In this document: in pieces, positions 44,091-52,893 of the stretch | How the letters are laid out: the number at the start of each line of letters is the position of its first letter | Numbering within the stretch: position 1 is the first letter of the stretch | Origin: Escherichia phage CL1 | Direction: 5' to 3' (one strand) | DNA length: 64,000 nucleotides | Sequence record: OK040806 | Position numbers and translations under genes: made by a program | The notes under the pieces: model-generated | Databases searched by the model: none | Told to the model about the DNA's origin: nothing | The model's input: only the letters and a program-made list of their open reading frames with translations

Positions 44091-45200
44091 ATGACTACTA
44101 AAACTAAAGCACAGATTGACGCAGAAATTTACGAACTGGTTAAAGAAGGTAAGCTGACTAAAACAGCTATTGCACAGAAGTTCAATACTTCAACCCGTTC
44201 AGTTGGTCGTGCTGTAGAGCGTCATGAAGCAACCTTAAAAGGTAAGAAGAAGGCGACTTCTACACCAGCTAAAAAGACCCTAAAGCAAGTTGCTAAGTCA
44301 GTTAAAAAGAAAGCTGACAAACCAGTTGAAAAGGCCGTTAAAGACGCTGTACAGAAAGCTCCAGTAAATAAACTGCATGAAGCTATGCAGAAAGATGACA
44401 AGATTGAGTACATGATTACTGGTGACTCTGTAATTATGACTTACGGTTCAGAATCTGAAATTGTTGAGTCTACTCATCCGAACTATCAAGAGATTGTAGT
44501 TCATGTTGTGAAAGGTGAGTTCAAGAAAGCATTTGAACTGATGAACATTCGTAAGTCTATCGAAAACTTCACTCAGGGTGCTATCACAATCAAAGGTGAC
44601 AAGCTCTTCTACGGTGCTGTTGAGATGCGTTCTACTCTGGTTGACCGTATTCTTCATATGATGAAAACTGGTGATAAAGGTTTTGAACGACTTGTAATGT
44701 TCTTCGAAAAACTGATGGAAAACCCATCTAAAGATTCTGTAGAACAACTTTGGGGATTTGTATCACACCTTGATGTTGAAATTGATGAAGAAGGCTACAT
44801 CATTGGTTGGAAGAAAGTCTCTACTCGTGAAGGCAAGCTGGTTGACTCTCACACCTACAAAGTGCCTAATGATTTGGGTAACATTGTAGAGATGCCACGT
44901 TGGATGGTTGATAACAACCGTAACGTAACTTGCTCTCAAGGTCTTCATGTTGGTGCTTGGGATTATGTTCGTTGCTTCTCAGGTGATACCATCCTGAAGG
45001 TTCGTGTCCATCCACGAGATGTTGTATCTGTTCCGACTGATTACAACGATATGAAGATGCGCTCCTCTCGTTATGAAGTTGCAGCAATCGTTGATAATCA
45101 ACGTAAAGTGCTGAAAGCATGGGATGGTAAGACTGAAGCTTTGCATGTCATTGTTGGCACTGCTGGTGAACTCATCTCTCAACGTAAACGTGAAATCTAA
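44091..45200 (+). CDS. rIIB: rIIB-like protein
   Basis: 369 aa; C-terminal ...GLHVGAWDYV...VHPRDVVSVPTDYNDMKMR resembles the conserved rIIB C-terminus (from memory); adjacent to rIIA-like gene. Confidence 0.55.
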   Translation: MTTKTKAQIDAEIYELVKEGKLTKTAIAQKFNTSTRSVGRAVERHEATLKGKKKATSTPAKKTLKQVAKSVKKKADKPVEKAVKDAVQKAPVNKLHEAMQKDDKIEYMITGDSVIMTYGSESEIVESTHPNYQEIVVHVVKGEFKKAFELMNIRKSIENFTQGAITIKGDKLFYGAVEMRSTLVDRILHMMKTGDKGFERLVMFFEKLMENPSKDSVEQLWGFVSHLDVEIDEEGYIIGWKKVSTREGKLVDSHTYKVPNDLGNIVEMPRWMVDNNRNVTCSQGLHVGAWDYVRCFSGDTILKVRVHPRDVVSVPTDYNDMKMRSSRYEVAAIVDNQRKVLKAWDGKTEALHVIVGTAGELISQRKREI

Positions 45201-45216
45201 TAAGTAATTTCTTAAA

Positions 45217-45241
45217 AGGCTGCTTCGGCGGCCTTTTTTTA
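45217..45241 (+). terminator. intrinsic terminator after rIIB-like gene
   Basis: AGGCTGC-TTCG-GCGGCCT stem followed by TTTTTTT. Confidence 0.7.
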
Positions 45242-45301
45242 TTTGTATTTTGTGCAGAGTGCTGTATAATTGTTGTCACGATAAACTAAACAGGAGAACC
45301 A

Positions 45302-45850
45302 ATGAAGAAATTGATTCTAGGCTTGTGCTTAATGTTTACAGCACAATTATCTTATGCAGTTGACTGCCCAGAGCTATCAATTAGCCAAAAAGTTAACATG
45401 TTAAAAGCTTACCAGTATGGTGAGAATAATATGGGGAAAGGCTGGGGTATTACTCTAGCAGCTATAGCCTTACAAGAGTCAGAGTTAGGTCTGAAGGTAG
45501 AGAATAAAAAGACCCACGACTATGGTATTTTCCAGAATCACTTGAAGACTGTTGTAAAGCGTAACAAAATTAGTCCTAATGTGGCTAAAAAGAAACTCTT
45601 AAAAGATTTTGACTATGCAGCAAAAGAGACACATAAAGAGCTTGAGTTTTGGACTAAGGTGCATGGCCACCCGAAGTCAAAGAAGACTTTACAAAAAGTT
45701 TTAGCATCATATAATGCTGGGTATTCGTACAAAATCCCTAAAGCTAAGAAATACTCTCAAGACGTCTATAACAATATGAAAGTTATCGCTCAATGTGAAT
45801 TTGCAACAAACATTTCTAAGGTAAATCATGAAAAAATTAAGAAAGTCTGA
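45302..45850 (+). CDS. secreted lytic-transglycosylase-like protein
   Basis: signal peptide MKKLILGLCLMFTAQLSYA; AAIALQESELG resembles the SLT catalytic E-S motif. Confidence 0.35.
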   Translation: MKKLILGLCLMFTAQLSYAVDCPELSISQKVNMLKAYQYGENNMGKGWGITLAAIALQESELGLKVENKKTHDYGIFQNHLKTVVKRNKISPNVAKKKLLKDFDYAAKETHKELEFWTKVHGHPKSKKTLQKVLASYNAGYSYKIPKAKKYSQDVYNNMKVIAQCEFATNISKVNHEKIKKV

Positions 45851-46523
45851 TGAAGTACTGTGCCATGCTTACGACTTGCATCCTCATGAGTTAGGTCTTG
45901 ATTCCTGTGTATGGACTCCAGAACAGTGCAGAGATTTTGAAGATACTGCAAGAGAAGTTGTATGTTCACTTGAAGAGTTCCACACATCACAACCAATTGT
46001 GAACGTTGTGGATAAAGAGACGGGGCAATCTATAGGTGTAAGACGTGACAGTTTAGTCATAGTCAATAAAGACCTTGTAGAAAAAGGTAACCTCATCTTA
46101 GCAGATATTGATGGTGTTCTTACAAATTTTAATCACGAAGATTGCTCAACGGAATTGACTGATGGGTCATTCTCACAGTACACTAATCTTCTTGACTCTG
46201 TAAGAGCAAAACCAACGTATGTTTTTAGTATTATTGATGCAATCGCTAATCATGCTGCCATTGGACTCTTGACAGCAAGAGGTGAATCTCAGAGAATACC
46301 TACTGAGATGTTTTTAAGGCATAACATAGAGCATGATTACATGCTTTTTATGCGTGGTTTTGGAACTAACTCTATAAGTGCAGAAAGTTTGAAAGTCAGG
46401 ATGATTCAGTCTTGCATTCTACCTTACTTTAATATAGTATGCTTTATAGAAGATACAGAGAAGAATGTTCAGAAGGTAAACAGAGTCCTTCCACACATTA
46501 AAACCATGTTAGTTAAACATTGA
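45828..46523 (+). CDS. HAD-superfamily hydrolase-like protein
   Basis: LILADIDGVLTNF matches HAD motif I (DxDG[TV]); LLTARGE as candidate motif II. Confidence 0.35.
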   Translation: MKKLRKSDEVLCHAYDLHPHELGLDSCVWTPEQCRDFEDTAREVVCSLEEFHTSQPIVNVVDKETGQSIGVRRDSLVIVNKDLVEKGNLILADIDGVLTNFNHEDCSTELTDGSFSQYTNLLDSVRAKPTYVFSIIDAIANHAAIGLLTARGESQRIPTEMFLRHNIEHDYMLFMRGFGTNSISAESLKVRMIQSCILPYFNIVCFIEDTEKNVQKVNRVLPHIKTMLVKH

Positions 46524-46534
46524 GAGAAAAACTT

Positions 46535-46999
46535 ATGAACAATATCATTACGGTAGCACTGGACGATACGGCAAACAAATCTGAAGTAGTTCGTAAAATG
46601 ATTCAAGGTAACTTTGAAGGTAAAATTTTCCGTGCTGTTAATGTAAAAGCTGATGGCAGCATTCGTGAATATCGTGCATTGTTGAATGTTAAAAAGCACG
46701 TGAAAGGTGCTGGTTCAACAACTGCACACAAAGAAAACCTGATGACTATCTATGATATGGGTAAGGCTTCAGAGTTAGGTGCTGAAGGTATCGTTAAAGA
46801 AGGTGCTCCGTATCGCTCTTTCAATCTGGAAACTACTCTTATGCTTTCCTTTACAAGTGGTTCTAAAACAATCACTTACCTCTTTACTGATGCTGCAACG
46901 GTATCTGCTATTAAGGATAGCACTGTCAAAGCTGGCGTAGTTGCTGCTGCAAAAGCTTCTTCGATGGCTGCGAATATCCTTGCTAAAGTCCTCGGTTAA
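46535..46999 (+). CDS. hypothetical protein
   Basis: track start TTG; ATG (MNNIITV) with GAGAGA SD; followed by strong terminator. Confidence 0.4.
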   Translation: MNNIITVALDDTANKSEVVRKMIQGNFEGKIFRAVNVKADGSIREYRALLNVKKHVKGAGSTTAHKENLMTIYDMGKASELGAEGIVKEGAPYRSFNLETTLMLSFTSGSKTITYLFTDAATVSAIKDSTVKAGVVAAAKASSMAANILAKVLG

Positions 47000-47010
47000 G
47001 GTTAAGATAC

Positions 47011-47031
47011 AGGCTCCTTCGGGAGCCTTTT
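47011..47031 (+). terminator. intrinsic terminator
   Basis: GGCTCC-TTCG-GGAGCC stem followed by TTTTT. Confidence 0.7.
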
Positions 47032-47051
47032 TCATTTCAGGAGATTGTTAA

Positions 47052-47399
47052 ATGACATTTAAAGAGTTCTGTCAAGCTACTTTCATAATTGTTTTCTTAG
47101 TTGGGGCAGGTGTCTGGGGAGGATACTCTTACAGAGACTACCAAGTTGCTGAAGCTGAGCTAAATAATGAGAAACTAATAAGTGTTGCCAAAGATGCTTA
47201 TCAGGAAGGTTTAGCCACACTCAGCACCAATTACAAAAATGATTTGAAAGATGTGCTTGCTAAGAATAAGCATACAAAAGAGGTACTAACATATGAAAAA
47301 ACTAAGCCAGAGTTTTATAATGTTTGTGTTACTGATAACTATGTCAGGGTGTTCAACGAACAAAGTGAACAGTACATTCAAAAACTCCCAAGTAAGTGA
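47052..47399 (+). CDS. i-spanin-like protein (N-terminal TM, periplasmic coiled coil)
   Basis: 115 aa; TM helix FIIVFLVGAGVWGGY then helical region; its 3' end overlaps a lipoprotein ORF in another frame. Confidence 0.3.
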   Translation: MTFKEFCQATFIIVFLVGAGVWGGYSYRDYQVAEAELNNEKLISVAKDAYQEGLATLSTNYKNDLKDVLAKNKHTKEVLTYEKTKPEFYNVCVTDNYVRVFNEQSEQYIQKLPSK

Positions 47400-47562
47400 G
47401 AGTGATAAGTACACACAAGAAGAATCAAGATTCACCGTCAAAGGTAATACTGGTAGTGATGTGGCAGCAGCCCTTGAGTTTTATCGTGATGGTTTTTATC
47501 AGTGCACAATAAAAGCTAATAACCTTATTGACATGATTTTATTAGGGAATAAACAGCAATGA
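47293..47562 (+). CDS. o-spanin-like outer-membrane lipoprotein
   Basis: 89 aa; signal peptide with lipobox-like ITMSGC; starts inside preceding ORF in +1 frame (Rz/Rz1-like overlap); not Pro-rich. Confidence 0.3.
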   Translation: MKKLSQSFIMFVLLITMSGCSTNKVNSTFKNSQVSESDKYTQEESRFTVKGNTGSDVAAALEFYRDGFYQCTIKANNLIDMILLGNKQQ

Positions 47563-47828
47563 CAGAGAATGAAGATACTTTCTATGTAGAAGGGTACTTA
47601 CTGCTACCACGACCAAAAGAAACTTATGTGCGGGTTGATTTCTCACCAACCATTATGGATAACGTGATGTGTCATATCTTTATGCAAGGTGTCACAGCAC
47701 AGCTTAAGCATGTTGGAAAAGAGTGCAAAATAAAGGTTGACACTCATCCAGAAATCAAAGAGAATCACTACACATGGTTCTTACCAGACTCTAAAGAAAT
47801 CTTAGCAGTTCTTAAAACGAGGAAATGA
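47559..47828 (+). CDS. hypothetical protein
   Basis: 89-aa ORF, ATGA-coupled. Confidence 0.35.
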   Translation: MTENEDTFYVEGYLLLPRPKETYVRVDFSPTIMDNVMCHIFMQGVTAQLKHVGKECKIKVDTHPEIKENHYTWFLPDSKEILAVLKTRK

Positions 47829-48136
47829 TTATGCAATTCCAGCCAACCAATCGTGGATTTTCTTATGCAGAATTTAAAGATGCTAAAGGGGAAATTTGTA
47901 CTTTACAGGAGAGTTCATCATATGAACCATGTATTTGGTTAGGTGCTAAAGAGGTCTCTGTTCAGTACCTAGATGGTGGCTGGAAAACACTTGATATCCC
48001 ATCATTAGTAGGCAAAGATTTTGTAGGTAACCAAAGAATGAAACTCAACCAAGAACAGGTGAAAGAGTTATTGCCGTACCTTCAGTACTTTGCTGAAAAT
48101 GGTGAATTACCAACAGAGGAACTTACAAATGGGTGA
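47825..48136 (+). CDS. hypothetical protein
   Basis: 103-aa ORF, ATGA-coupled. Confidence 0.35.
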   Translation: MIMQFQPTNRGFSYAEFKDAKGEICTLQESSSYEPCIWLGAKEVSVQYLDGGWKTLDIPSLVGKDFVGNQRMKLNQEQVKELLPYLQYFAENGELPTEELTNG

Positions 48137-48533
48137 CTGTGCAGATGATGCAGACCGTTGGGCTGAACTTCAAGACTTAAGAGCAGAGTTTAGAGACCTC
48201 TTAGTGAGGTCTTCTAAAACAAATGTAGAGTACACACAAAAGGATTTTCCAAAGGTTCCTTTATATGTTATACACCAAAATAATCTAATGAACTCTGGAT
48301 TAAGTTTGCAACAAAGGATGGAAATTTGCCTAGCAAGGTATTACATTAATGTTGACGCCAAAGTTGGTGAATTGATTAAGTGTCCGTGCTGTAATCTTGA
48401 ATTTAAGAAGAAGTCATACCAACAAAAGTTTTGTGGAGTTAAAAAGAGAGGTCGCTCTAACTGTAAAGACTTCTTCTTTAATTTCACTGACTTAAAAAGA
48501 AATAACAGAGCTAAGTTCTTTATTGTGGGGTGA
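48129..48533 (+). CDS. hypothetical zinc-ribbon protein
   Basis: start moved to ATG (MGDCADD) with GAGGA SD; CPCCN...C...C cluster. Confidence 0.35.
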   Translation: MGDCADDADRWAELQDLRAEFRDLLVRSSKTNVEYTQKDFPKVPLYVIHQNNLMNSGLSLQQRMEICLARYYINVDAKVGELIKCPCCNLEFKKKSYQQKFCGVKKRGRSNCKDFFFNFTDLKRNNRAKFFIVG

Positions 48534-48535
48534 TT

Positions 48536-48862
48536 ATGGAAGTGAACGGTAAAACCATTGTAGCTGTCATCCAAGATAGTGAAAAAGATATTGGTGTAGC
48601 ACAAGTCACATATGGTAACGGCAAGTTCCTATATGGTGTTGTGGCAATGGTAGGAACAAGAAGTGATACAAAAACTTTTAAAGATTGTGTTGACCTTCTT
48701 GAAGAATCCATCCACAATCATTGGTGTCTGATATGGATGACTGACAACGAAGTGATAGAACGCTTCAAAAAGATTGATATCAACATTGATAGTATTGAGC
48801 ATGTTGATTTATATGAGCTAACTGAGAAGGTAAACTATGAAAGTAATACTAGCCAGAGATAA
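48536..48862 (+). CDS. hypothetical protein
   Basis: track start GTG; ATG (MEVNGK) used. Confidence 0.35.
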   Translation: MEVNGKTIVAVIQDSEKDIGVAQVTYGNGKFLYGVVAMVGTRSDTKTFKDCVDLLEESIHNHWCLIWMTDNEVIERFKKIDINIDSIEHVDLYELTEKVNYESNTSQR

Positions 48863-49070
48863 AAAGACCCGCAAGATTGTACGTTCAGCAGTATTCATAG
48901 GGAGAGATGAAGTCGTTCCGTTTGCAGGGGAAGATGTGTTAACTTATAAGAAAGGTTTAAAACGTAAATTCAGTGACCGTTTACGTGGCTTCATATCTGA
49001 ACCATTAGAAGATTTTAAAAGTCGCTGTGGTAAAGGCATCATCACTCAAGAGGCAATTATTCATGGCTGA
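48837..49070 (+). CDS. hypothetical protein
   Basis: 77-aa ORF with GAGAAGG SD. Confidence 0.3.
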   Translation: MKVILARDKKTRKIVRSAVFIGRDEVVPFAGEDVLTYKKGLKRKFSDRLRGFISEPLEDFKSRCGKGIITQEAIIHG

Positions 49071-49263
49071 TTTCTGCAAAGATTGTGCTATCGAAATGTT
49101 CGGACGTGATACAGGTGACTTAAAAGGTCTTATCACTGAAGATGACTTTAAAGCTGGCTATGCAATGCCAGTAATCTGTGAAGGTTGTGGATGTATCTGG
49201 GTAGACCACGAAGGGCAACGTGTAAAACCTTCAGAAGATAAAGAATCTTGGGAGAGATGTTAA
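49063..49263 (+). CDS. hypothetical Cys-rich protein
   Basis: start at MADFCKDC with GAGG SD; CKDC...CEGCGC. Confidence 0.3.
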   Translation: MADFCKDCAIEMFGRDTGDLKGLITEDDFKAGYAMPVICEGCGCIWVDHEGQRVKPSEDKESWERC

Positions 49264-50049
49264 ATGGGTATTGTGAAAATCATCAATGGTGATATCTTTG
49301 CAGCATTTGATAAAGGTAAGTTTGATGTCATCGGTCACGGTTGCAACTGTATGAACTTAATGGGTGCAGGTATCGCTGACAAGATTTCTAAACTTTACCC
49401 AAAAGCATATGAGACTGATACAGAAGTTTATCTGTATGCAGGTGGCATAGGCCACAAGCCCTGTGAGAATTTACTAGGCAATTTCTCTGTAGCACGTTTA
49501 AAACAAGGTCGTATAGCTAACCTTTACACTCAGCTTAAGACTGGTAAAGATGCCCGATACAGTGCTTTAGAGTCATCTTTGAAACAACTTAACAGATACT
49601 GTGAAGTAAATCAGTTGAAGAAAGTTGGCTTGCCTATGATTGGTGCAGGTATCGGTGGGCTAGACCCTCAAGCCGTCACAGTTATCATTAATCAGGTGAT
49701 GAAGAGTGTAGATGTGTATCTGTATGTCTACGAGACAAAGATGTACAACGAGTTACACTCAGGTTGGAAGAACTACTGCGAACCAGAATACTTTGCAGGT
49801 GTAGTAACGTTCACAGACAATACAGTTACCCTCTTCAGACGAAGAAAAGGTAAGATACATCAAAGTAACCCTCCGGTTGAGAAGATGTCTCTAAGTAACG
49901 CTCTAGTTACCCACCTGTCGAAGAGCAATCACAGGATAGCTGTAACATTTGGTAGTGATGCAGATACATATATCTATGCAAGAACTGATGAGGATATCGA
50001 GACGGTCTTCTCTTCACCAGAAGTTACCTTTTTAGGCGCAAAGAACTAA
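49264..50049 (+). CDS. macro-domain-like protein (ADP-ribose binding/processing fold) with C-terminal extension
   Basis: N-terminal INGDIF...DVIGHGCNCMNLMGAGIA and later GLPMIGAGIGGLDP resemble the two Gly-rich macro-domain motifs; ~100-aa unknown extension. Confidence 0.45.
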   Translation: MGIVKIINGDIFAAFDKGKFDVIGHGCNCMNLMGAGIADKISKLYPKAYETDTEVYLYAGGIGHKPCENLLGNFSVARLKQGRIANLYTQLKTGKDARYSALESSLKQLNRYCEVNQLKKVGLPMIGAGIGGLDPQAVTVIINQVMKSVDVYLYVYETKMYNELHSGWKNYCEPEYFAGVVTFTDNTVTLFRRRKGKIHQSNPPVEKMSLSNALVTHLSKSNHRIAVTFGSDADTYIYARTDEDIETVFSSPEVTFLGAKN

Positions 50050-50080
50050 GAAAATCTGTATAATATTCACAATAGACTAA

Positions 50081-50126
50081 GCCTTTCTTATCTGGTAAAT
50101 TTTTTCAGGTAAGGAGGGCTTTTTTT
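50081..50126 (+). terminator. long-stem intrinsic terminator after macro-domain gene
   Basis: GCCTTTCTTATCTG / CAGGTAAGGAGGGC 14-bp stem (three G-U) followed by TTTTTTT. Confidence 0.55.
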
Positions 50127-50320
50127 ATTTCAAGATTGTGCAGGTAGAGTTCTGTAGAGAAATCTGTAGAGAGAATTTTGAACTCCAAAGAGAAAATTCA
50201 TTTTCAAACTGTGCAGGTAATCTCCAAAGAGCTTTTTCATTTTCAAAACGTGCAGACCCCGCTCAGGTCGGGCAAGAAAAATCATTTTAGAATTGTGCAG
50301 GTAGGTGGGTGCAGGTGGGA
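50127..50320. repeat. four direct repeats of ~20 bp (consensus ATTTTCAAANTGTGCAGGTA), two inside tandem 40-bp units
   Basis: copies near 50127, 50199, 50238, 50283 plus GTGGGTGCAGGTGGG; tandem 40-bp units 50181-50220 and 50221-50260. Confidence 0.6.
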
Positions 50321-50479
50321 ATGTCGCCATTTCTCACAAGGCTACCACATCTGGAAATAAAAGTCAACAGAAAAATTTGTAGCGGATTGAAAAATAATTC
50401 TTGATTGTAGTTCTGTTTTGTGGTAGTCGCGCGCACCCGTTTCATTACAATTTTGCAAAAAATATTTTTAAAATTCCTA

Positions 50480-50508
50480 TTGACTCTTTGAGTATGGTTA
50501 TCTAATAT
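50480..50508 (+). promoter_or_regulatory. sigma70-like promoter TTGACT-17-TAATAT heading the small-gene array
   Basis: TTGACT 50480-50485, 17-bp spacer, TAATAT 50503-50508; ~45-nt leader with GGAG SD before ATG 50559. Confidence 0.6.
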
Positions 50509-50558
50509 TTGCATCAGACGGGCAAGCCAGCCCACTTCCTAAACTGGAGAATCTAAAA

Positions 50559-50765
50559 ATGCTTTACAGTCGCGAATTGATGGTTACAACTAACGTTAAC
50601 ACAGGTGTAAAACGTTTCTACATGCAAATCTGCGGCGTATGGTCCAGAATATCAGAAGATGACTATTGCAACTATGTAGGAACGGCTATTAATTCTAATT
50701 GCTATCTGACAAGAAACACTAAGAAATTTACAAGGCAGACAGCGATTTACTACTACGACAAATAA
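50559..50765 (+). CDS. hypothetical small Cys-containing protein (array gene 1)
   Basis: 68 aa; consensus promoter at 50480 and AGGAG-type SD upstream. Confidence 0.4.
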   Translation: MLYSRELMVTTNVNTGVKRFYMQICGVWSRISEDDYCNYVGTAINSNCYLTRNTKKFTRQTAIYYYDK

Positions 50766-50822
50766 AGTACTTTACAGGGGGCTTAAAAGCTGATATCTTA
50801 AGCCCCAGATAAAGAGCTTTAC
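50763..50822 (+). promoter_or_regulatory. cassette A copy 1: TAAAGTACTTTA palindrome, -35 TTTACA, inverted repeat GGGGGCTTAA-N11-TTAAGCCCC enclosing -10 (TATCTT), then ATAAAGAGCTTTAC
   Basis: TTTACA 50771-50776, 17-bp spacer, TATCTT 50794-50799; IR 50777-50806. Confidence 0.5.
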
Positions 50823-50853
50823 TAAATTAACCCTTAAACTAGGAGATTCAAAA

Positions 50854-51234
50854 ATGGCTTATCGTGCACCGAAATTCATCAACAAAGACAACTTCCGCAA
50901 CGCACTGGAGAAGTCACTTGATGAAAAATTTAACGGCAAATTGATTGTTGTTCACGCATTCAATTTTAAGTATGATATTAACGGGAATAAAATCAACCAT
51001 TACACGGCAACCATGTTAGATGGTACGCTATCAAGTGAAAAAGCCGTACTGAATGCACTTGCAGGACGTGGTAAAAACCTGATAAGATGCGATAAGAGAC
51101 GTTATCAGGGTGGCGCATATGGTTATGATGATGCTGTTTATCATCTTGAAAATATGGGCTATTCAGTGGAAAAAGCTGGAGTGTCTCAAATAATCGGCAG
51201 TGATGGTTATGTAACAATCTTCAAAATTAACTAA
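50854..51234 (+). CDS. hypothetical protein (array gene 2)
   Basis: 126 aa; preceded by cassette A and conserved GGAGATTCAAAAATG initiation region. Confidence 0.45.
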   Translation: MAYRAPKFINKDNFRNALEKSLDEKFNGKLIVVHAFNFKYDINGNKINHYTATMLDGTLSSEKAVLNALAGRGKNLIRCDKRRYQGGAYGYDDAVYHLENMGYSVEKAGVSQIIGSDGYVTIFKIN

Positions 51235-51294
51235 TAAAGTACTTTACAAGGGGCTTATAGTTCGATAAAGTAAGCCCCAGATAAAGAGCTTTAC
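51235..51294 (+). promoter_or_regulatory. cassette A copy 2 (GGGGCTTA-N13-TAAGCCCC; -10 TAAAGT)
   Basis: palindrome 51235-51246, TTTACA 51243-51248, TAAAGT 51266-51271, IR 51250-51278. Confidence 0.5.
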
Positions 51295-51322
51295 CACTAA
51301 ATCCTAAATTGGAGATTCAAAA

Positions 51323-51580
51323 ATGGCTATCATCAAAAACGTTGTAATTACTGCAAAGACTCGTGATGACGCTCGCATCATGGCGAAAAAGTTAGGCGGG
51401 AAAGTGGTTGACAACGGAAAACAATCTGCTGTAAGATGGGGCGTGAAGGCTGATAAAAAGTTAACCTTAAAACGCAGTTCAAATAACCTCTTTAAAGGTG
51501 TAAAATCACTCGGTAAAGTGAACGTGTTTACTAAACAAGGTTACAAAATGCACTTATCATTAACTGGCAATTTAATCTGA
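51323..51580 (+). CDS. hypothetical basic protein (array gene 3)
   Basis: 85 aa; cassette A upstream. Confidence 0.45.
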   Translation: MAIIKNVVITAKTRDDARIMAKKLGGKVVDNGKQSAVRWGVKADKKLTLKRSSNNLFKGVKSLGKVNVFTKQGYKMHLSLTGNLI

Positions 51581-51640
51581 TAAAGTACTTTACAAGGGGC
51601 TTATAGTTCGATAAAGTAAGCCCCAGATAAAGAGCTTTAC
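51581..51640 (+). promoter_or_regulatory. cassette A copy 3 (identical core to copy 2)
   Basis: palindrome 51581-51592, TTTACA 51589-51594, TAAAGT 51612-51617, IR 51596-51624. Confidence 0.5.
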
Positions 51641-51669
51641 TAACTAAATCCTAAACTGGAGATTCTAAA

Positions 51670-52182
51670 ATGAAAACTGTAGACGCTACCTTTGAAGTTG
51701 TAAAAGAAAAATTCACCATTATTTATGAAGCTGTCAATTGCTTTGAAGCAAGCCATAATCTTGATAATTGGAAGTTTACAGATGACCATCAAGGCGGCGT
51801 GACGATTAAAAATCCTAACTGTCAGAGTAATGAATTTAAATATGCAATCCCTTTGCATTACAGCCTTAAGCAGCTTTCAAGTGACTATGCAAAACAAGGC
51901 CGTGAGAATCCATCGAAAGAGGCTTACACGAGCTTACAGAAAGAACTAGAAAGGGATTTAGAGGCTTCAGAGTATAACATTGCCGCGAAAGTTGTAGATG
52001 CAAACGGTAGCACGGTTTTAGAGAGTTTTTATATTGGTTATGCTTTCGATTGGTGCTACAGTGACGGCGATGATTTAGATGACAGACTAAAAGAGGAAGT
52101 GAACAACGCAGACGCAGAATCTGAAGTATTAGAACGCTTGGAAGCATTAAAAGATTCAGTGATGAATATCTTTAAGAACTAA
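51670..52182 (+). CDS. hypothetical acidic protein (array gene 4)
   Basis: 170 aa; cassette A upstream. Confidence 0.45.
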   Translation: MKTVDATFEVVKEKFTIIYEAVNCFEASHNLDNWKFTDDHQGGVTIKNPNCQSNEFKYAIPLHYSLKQLSSDYAKQGRENPSKEAYTSLQKELERDLEASEYNIAAKVVDANGSTVLESFYIGYAFDWCYSDGDDLDDRLKEEVNNADAESEVLERLEALKDSVMNIFKN

Positions 52183-52184
52183 AT

Positions 52185-52242
52185 AGATTTCTTTACACGG
52201 GGCTAACAAGCGGATATGATAGCCCCAGATAAAGAGCTTTAC
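52185..52242 (+). promoter_or_regulatory. cassette A copy 4 (variant IR GGGGCTA-N14-TAGCCCC; -10 TATGAT)
   Basis: TTTACA 52192-52197, TATGAT 52215-52220, IR 52199-52226 with compensatory stem change. Confidence 0.5.
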
Positions 52243-52270
52243 TACTAAATCCTAAACTGGAGACTCTAAA

Positions 52271-52567
52271 ATGAAATTATCGAATAAAGTTCGTGAAAAC
52301 CTTAGTAAATTACTCAACAAAATTGATTTTATCGAGACATCAAGAAATAATCATGATGTTATGGAATGGTTGCACGGCAAAATAAAAGGCCGTCGCGTAG
52401 TGATTTGCTTATGGAATAGTTGCAGGGAGTATAAAAAGCCTGTATTGCAAATTAATGTTTATGATGATACTTTTAAAAGTCCTGTAAAGTCTAAAAGCGA
52501 TTTATTAGAATCCTATGAGATAACTGTAAATGGCAAAGTATCACGTAAAGAGGAAACACCATGTTAA
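52271..52567 (+). CDS. hypothetical protein (array gene 5)
   Basis: 98 aa; cassette A variant upstream. Confidence 0.45.
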   Translation: MKLSNKVRENLSKLLNKIDFIETSRNNHDVMEWLHGKIKGRRVVICLWNSCREYKKPVLQINVYDDTFKSPVKSKSDLLESYEITVNGKVSRKEETPC

Positions 52568-52893
52568 TGACTGGTATCACTGCAATCATTGCCATTTTCG
52601 CGCTATATAAGGCATATAAAGCCTATAATCTAGCAAATAAGGCAATCACACAGCAAGTTAGTAATAACCTTGTAGAGAGCTTTCTAGGGCGTTTAAGTGA
52701 TGAGCAAATAAAGCGGCTAGAGATGAGCTTCAGATATAAAGCGAAAACCTATCAGATAAGTGACATCTTCAAAGAGGATTTTCAGCTTGTCGATGATTAT
52801 AACTCACTGATAAATGCTTTAAATATCAGTGACTTAAAAGATTATTACGCTGTAATTGTCCAAGAACTGAACAAACGAAAACAAAACTGTTGA
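52561..52893 (+). CDS. hypothetical membrane-anchored protein (array gene 6)
   Basis: 110 aa; N-terminal TM helix (MLMTGITAIIAIFALY); overlaps previous gene (ATGTTAATG); no cassette of its own. Confidence 0.4.
   Translation: MLMTGITAIIAIFALYKAYKAYNLANKAITQQVSNNLVESFLGRLSDEQIKRLEMSFRYKAKTYQISDIFKEDFQLVDDYNSLINALNISDLKDYYAVIVQELNKRKQNC

Noticed and set aside
50130-50535. ORFs 50178..50360 (+), 50130..50330 (-) and 50287..50535 (-)
   Set aside because: They run through the direct-repeat array and promoter region; translations are repeat-driven and there are no SD sequences, so the region is called non-coding.
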